Shown here one piece after another: positions 61,780 through 64,000 of a stretch of 64,000 nucleotides of DNA. Source of the DNA: Candidatus Latescibacterota bacterium. Its GTDB lineage: Bacteria > Latescibacterota > UBA2968 > UBA8231. The position numbers were made by a program, and so were the translations under genes. Under the pieces are notes generated by a model, which searched no databases, was not told the origin of the DNA, and saw nothing but the letters and a program-made list of their open reading frames with translations. Location of the stretch: the NCBI GenBank assembly GCA_965197905.1, contig CBDAOB010000004.1, positions 1,280,001-1,344,000 on the forward strand, written 5' to 3'. Numbering within the stretch: the stretch's first letter is position 1; every line of letters begins with the position of its first letter.

Positions 61780-62213
61780 CGTGAGGCAACCTCCTGGGAA
61801 GGTACGAAGGGCCTCACCGTAACTGAGGTCAAGACGCCAACCCTGTCGCAGCCATTTGCGAGCACGCCATCCGCGTCGACGGCCAGATGAACTGCCGCTA
61901 CAACCGAGGCGAGTGCCTTGGCAGGTATCAGTGACCCGGGTACCGTTTTATGGCGCTGCTTGGGCCGACTCCCGGCGGAAAATGCGCCTTCCCGAATTCA
62001 AATCAGGGATACTGCGTCCCGCGATCCACGACGCGAAAACACCGAGAACAAATTTCGGAATCTTTCGCAGGCAGGGTACTCGACGTCGTTCGAACTTTCT
62101 GGGCGCCCTTATCGAACTCTCTAGCCATGACGTATTGCGTGCTAAGTTATTGTTGCCAAGGCACTATGCAGTATGGGCGCACTTCTAAGCAAAACTAAGA
62201 CAAGTTGGCGATA

Positions 62214-62966
62214 TCAACCGCGCCCGACATACGGCATCTTGGTGGCCATGACCGTCATGAACTGGACATTGGCGTCCAACGCGAGGCTGGCCATGTAGAC
62301 GACCGCTTGCGCCACGTTTTCCACATCCATGGTTGGTTCGACGACCACGTCGCCGTTGGCCTGCGGACTGCCATCCTGCAGGCGCCCGGTCATTTCGGTG
62401 AGGGCGTTGCCGATGTCGATCTGTCCACAGGCGATGTCGTGTTTTCTGCCATCGAGTGACGCGGATTTGGTTAGTCCGGTGATGGCATGTTTGGTCGAGG
62501 TGTACGGGGCCGAGTTGGGGCGGGGTGCGTGTGCTGAGACGGAGCCGTTATTGATGATGCGCCCACCTCGTGGGTTCTGGTCTTTCATTACGCGGAAGGC
62601 TGCCTGTGTGCACAGGAAGGAACCGGTGAGGTTGACATCTACCACGTCGCTCCACTGTTCCAGGCTCAGCTCTTCGCGTGGCACACCAGGCGCTCCGCGG
62701 CCGGCGTTGTTGAAGAGGAGGTCGAGCCGTCCGTAAATCGCCTTGGCTTTGGAGAATAAGGCTTCGACGGAGGCGGGGTCGGTGACATCGGTCGAGATGG
62801 CCGTTGCACGACCATCCGCATCTTCGATGTCCGCAACTGTTGTCTCCAATGGTTCGACGCGCCGTCCAGCGAGCACCACCGCAAAACCTACCCTTGCAAG
62901 AGCCAAGGCGGACTGCCGGCCGATCCCCGTTCCCGCTCCTGTTATGATTGCAACCTTATCGGTCAT
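62214..62966 (-). CDS. Short-chain dehydrogenase/reductase
   Basis: [18 protein letters not shown]. Confidence 0.93.
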   Translation of the reverse strand: MTDKVAIITGAGTGIGRQSALALARVGFAVVLAGRRVEPLETTVADIEDADGRATAISTDVTDPASVEALFSKAKAIYGRLDLLFNNAGRGAPGVPREELSLEQWSDVVDVNLTGSFLCTQAAFRVMKDQNPRGGRIINNGSVSAHAPRPNSAPYTSTKHAITGLTKSASLDGRKHDIACGQIDIGNALTEMTGRLQDGSPQANGDVVVEPTMDVENVAQAVVYMASLALDANVQFMTVMATKMPYVGRG

Positions 62967-63256
62967 ACTCGCTCCAATCTGGTAACTGTGATTTCGAATT
63001 CATCAGAACAGTTCGACCACTGCGGGTTTTGTTACTTTGCCTATTCTCATGCTTTGTGTATCTGACGACGTTCGTACCGGGGACGCGGCCTGGTGGTCAT
63101 TCCCGGGTCCCACCCCTCCGAATCAGGGCATCATGTTCGCAAATCACGCGACGACCGGTCGCCGCGGCCATCTAGGGCATGCTTTGGTCGAATACGCGCC
63201 CGGCGAAATTCAGTTCGCTTTGTCGGGGGAAGGCTTCCGTAGCTTTGTGGACCCTG

Positions 63257-64000
63257 CTAGAATATCCGTCCGTACTCGGTAAAGCCCACCAGCGCGCGTA
63301 CAAAAAAGCTCCAGGCATCAAAATTCCTGACATCCTGGAACCGCGTATCAAACTCCTTTTTATCTTTATGGATTCCGACGATCGTCACCAGTTCGTAGCC
63401 GAAATACCGCGAGCGATTCGTCAGCGTCACAAAGGCCGTGCGCTGCTCAAAGCTGTTGCTTTCCGCTGCTTCCGTGGCCCGGTCCTCCAGGCGATACGGC
63501 AGCGGCCCCCAGCCCTGGATGCCCCCCTGCAGCACGGTGCGGCTCATTAGCGGATAGGCGATGCGCATGATCGGGATCGAACGGATCTCCGTGCGCAGGG
63601 CCTGGTTGCGCTCCTGGTCCTTCAGGTGCAGCAACCTGAGCTTGTACTGCGGTGTGACGCTCAATTTGCCCCATCGCCAGCTGTACTCCGTCCCGCTGAC
63701 CCAGGTCCAAAAGTCCAGTCGGCGCTGGCGCTGGAAAACGCCCGGCCGCAACGGGCCGCCCTGCTGCCAGTTGAGTCGCAGGCGCAGCTTCTGCACCAGC
63801 TTGAGCGTGGACCCGGGATTCAACCGGCCCTCCAGGTAGGTCTCGTTGACATAGCTGTCCCGGTAGAGCAGCGCGTCCAGACGAAAAAAGTTCGTAAAAC
63901 GGGGGGGCAGCACCTCGCCGTCATTTCGTACGGAGTGAAAAGTGAGTCCCCAGTCGCCCCAGGCGCCGTCCCGTGTGGGTCTTTCATGGAGCCCCACGAA
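63257..64000 (-). CDS. C-terminal part of a probable outer-membrane beta-barrel-like protein (partial)
   Basis: Open frame to the window edge; alternating amphipathic beta pattern; ends FFVRALVGFTEYGRIF. Confidence 0.55.
   Translation of the reverse strand, partial: FVGLHERPTRDGAWGDWGLTFHSVRNDGEVLPPRFTNFFRLDALLYRDSYVNETYLEGRLNPGSTLKLVQKLRLRLNWQQGGPLRPGVFQRQRRLDFWTWVSGTEYSWRWGKLSVTPQYKLRLLHLKDQERNQALRTEIRSIPIMRIAYPLMSRTVLQGGIQGWGPLPYRLEDRATEAAESNSFEQRTAFVTLTNRSRYFGYELVTIVGIHKDKKEFDTRFQDVRNFDAWSFFVRALVGFTEYGRIF

Overview
GC-rich bacterial window. FlgD-Ig/T9SS-type sorting domains, a DUF6785-like membrane protein and five-bladed propeller paralogues suggest an FCB-related lineage such as Latescibacterota (inference). 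Bases 1-21 kb are mostly housekeeping: Nramp-like transporter, pckA, Hsp20, amrS/amrB split by an IS1595-family element with a passenger gene, tamB-tamA, ilvD and tmRNA (ssrA). The ssrA 3' end recurs at 40610-40638 and 48571-48585, so the rest looks like a tandem array of genomic islands. Island 1 (about 19 kb) has a decayed satellite-like core: a tyrosine integrase fused to a primase ATPase, a frameshifted primase, an Xis-like HTH, a sigma54 activator and a TerS/DUF5681-like ORF. The integrase frames read through the att core, so integration would swap the C-terminal tail. The cargo mixes intact genes with many sub-genic fragments. The most striking feature is an rRNA-operon promoter, boxA-like leader and the first ~98 nt of a 16S rRNA fused directly upstream of a secreted-protein gene, which is followed by a long hairpin with an anti-Shine-Dalgarno loop. 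All family calls come from motif recognition; no database searches were run.
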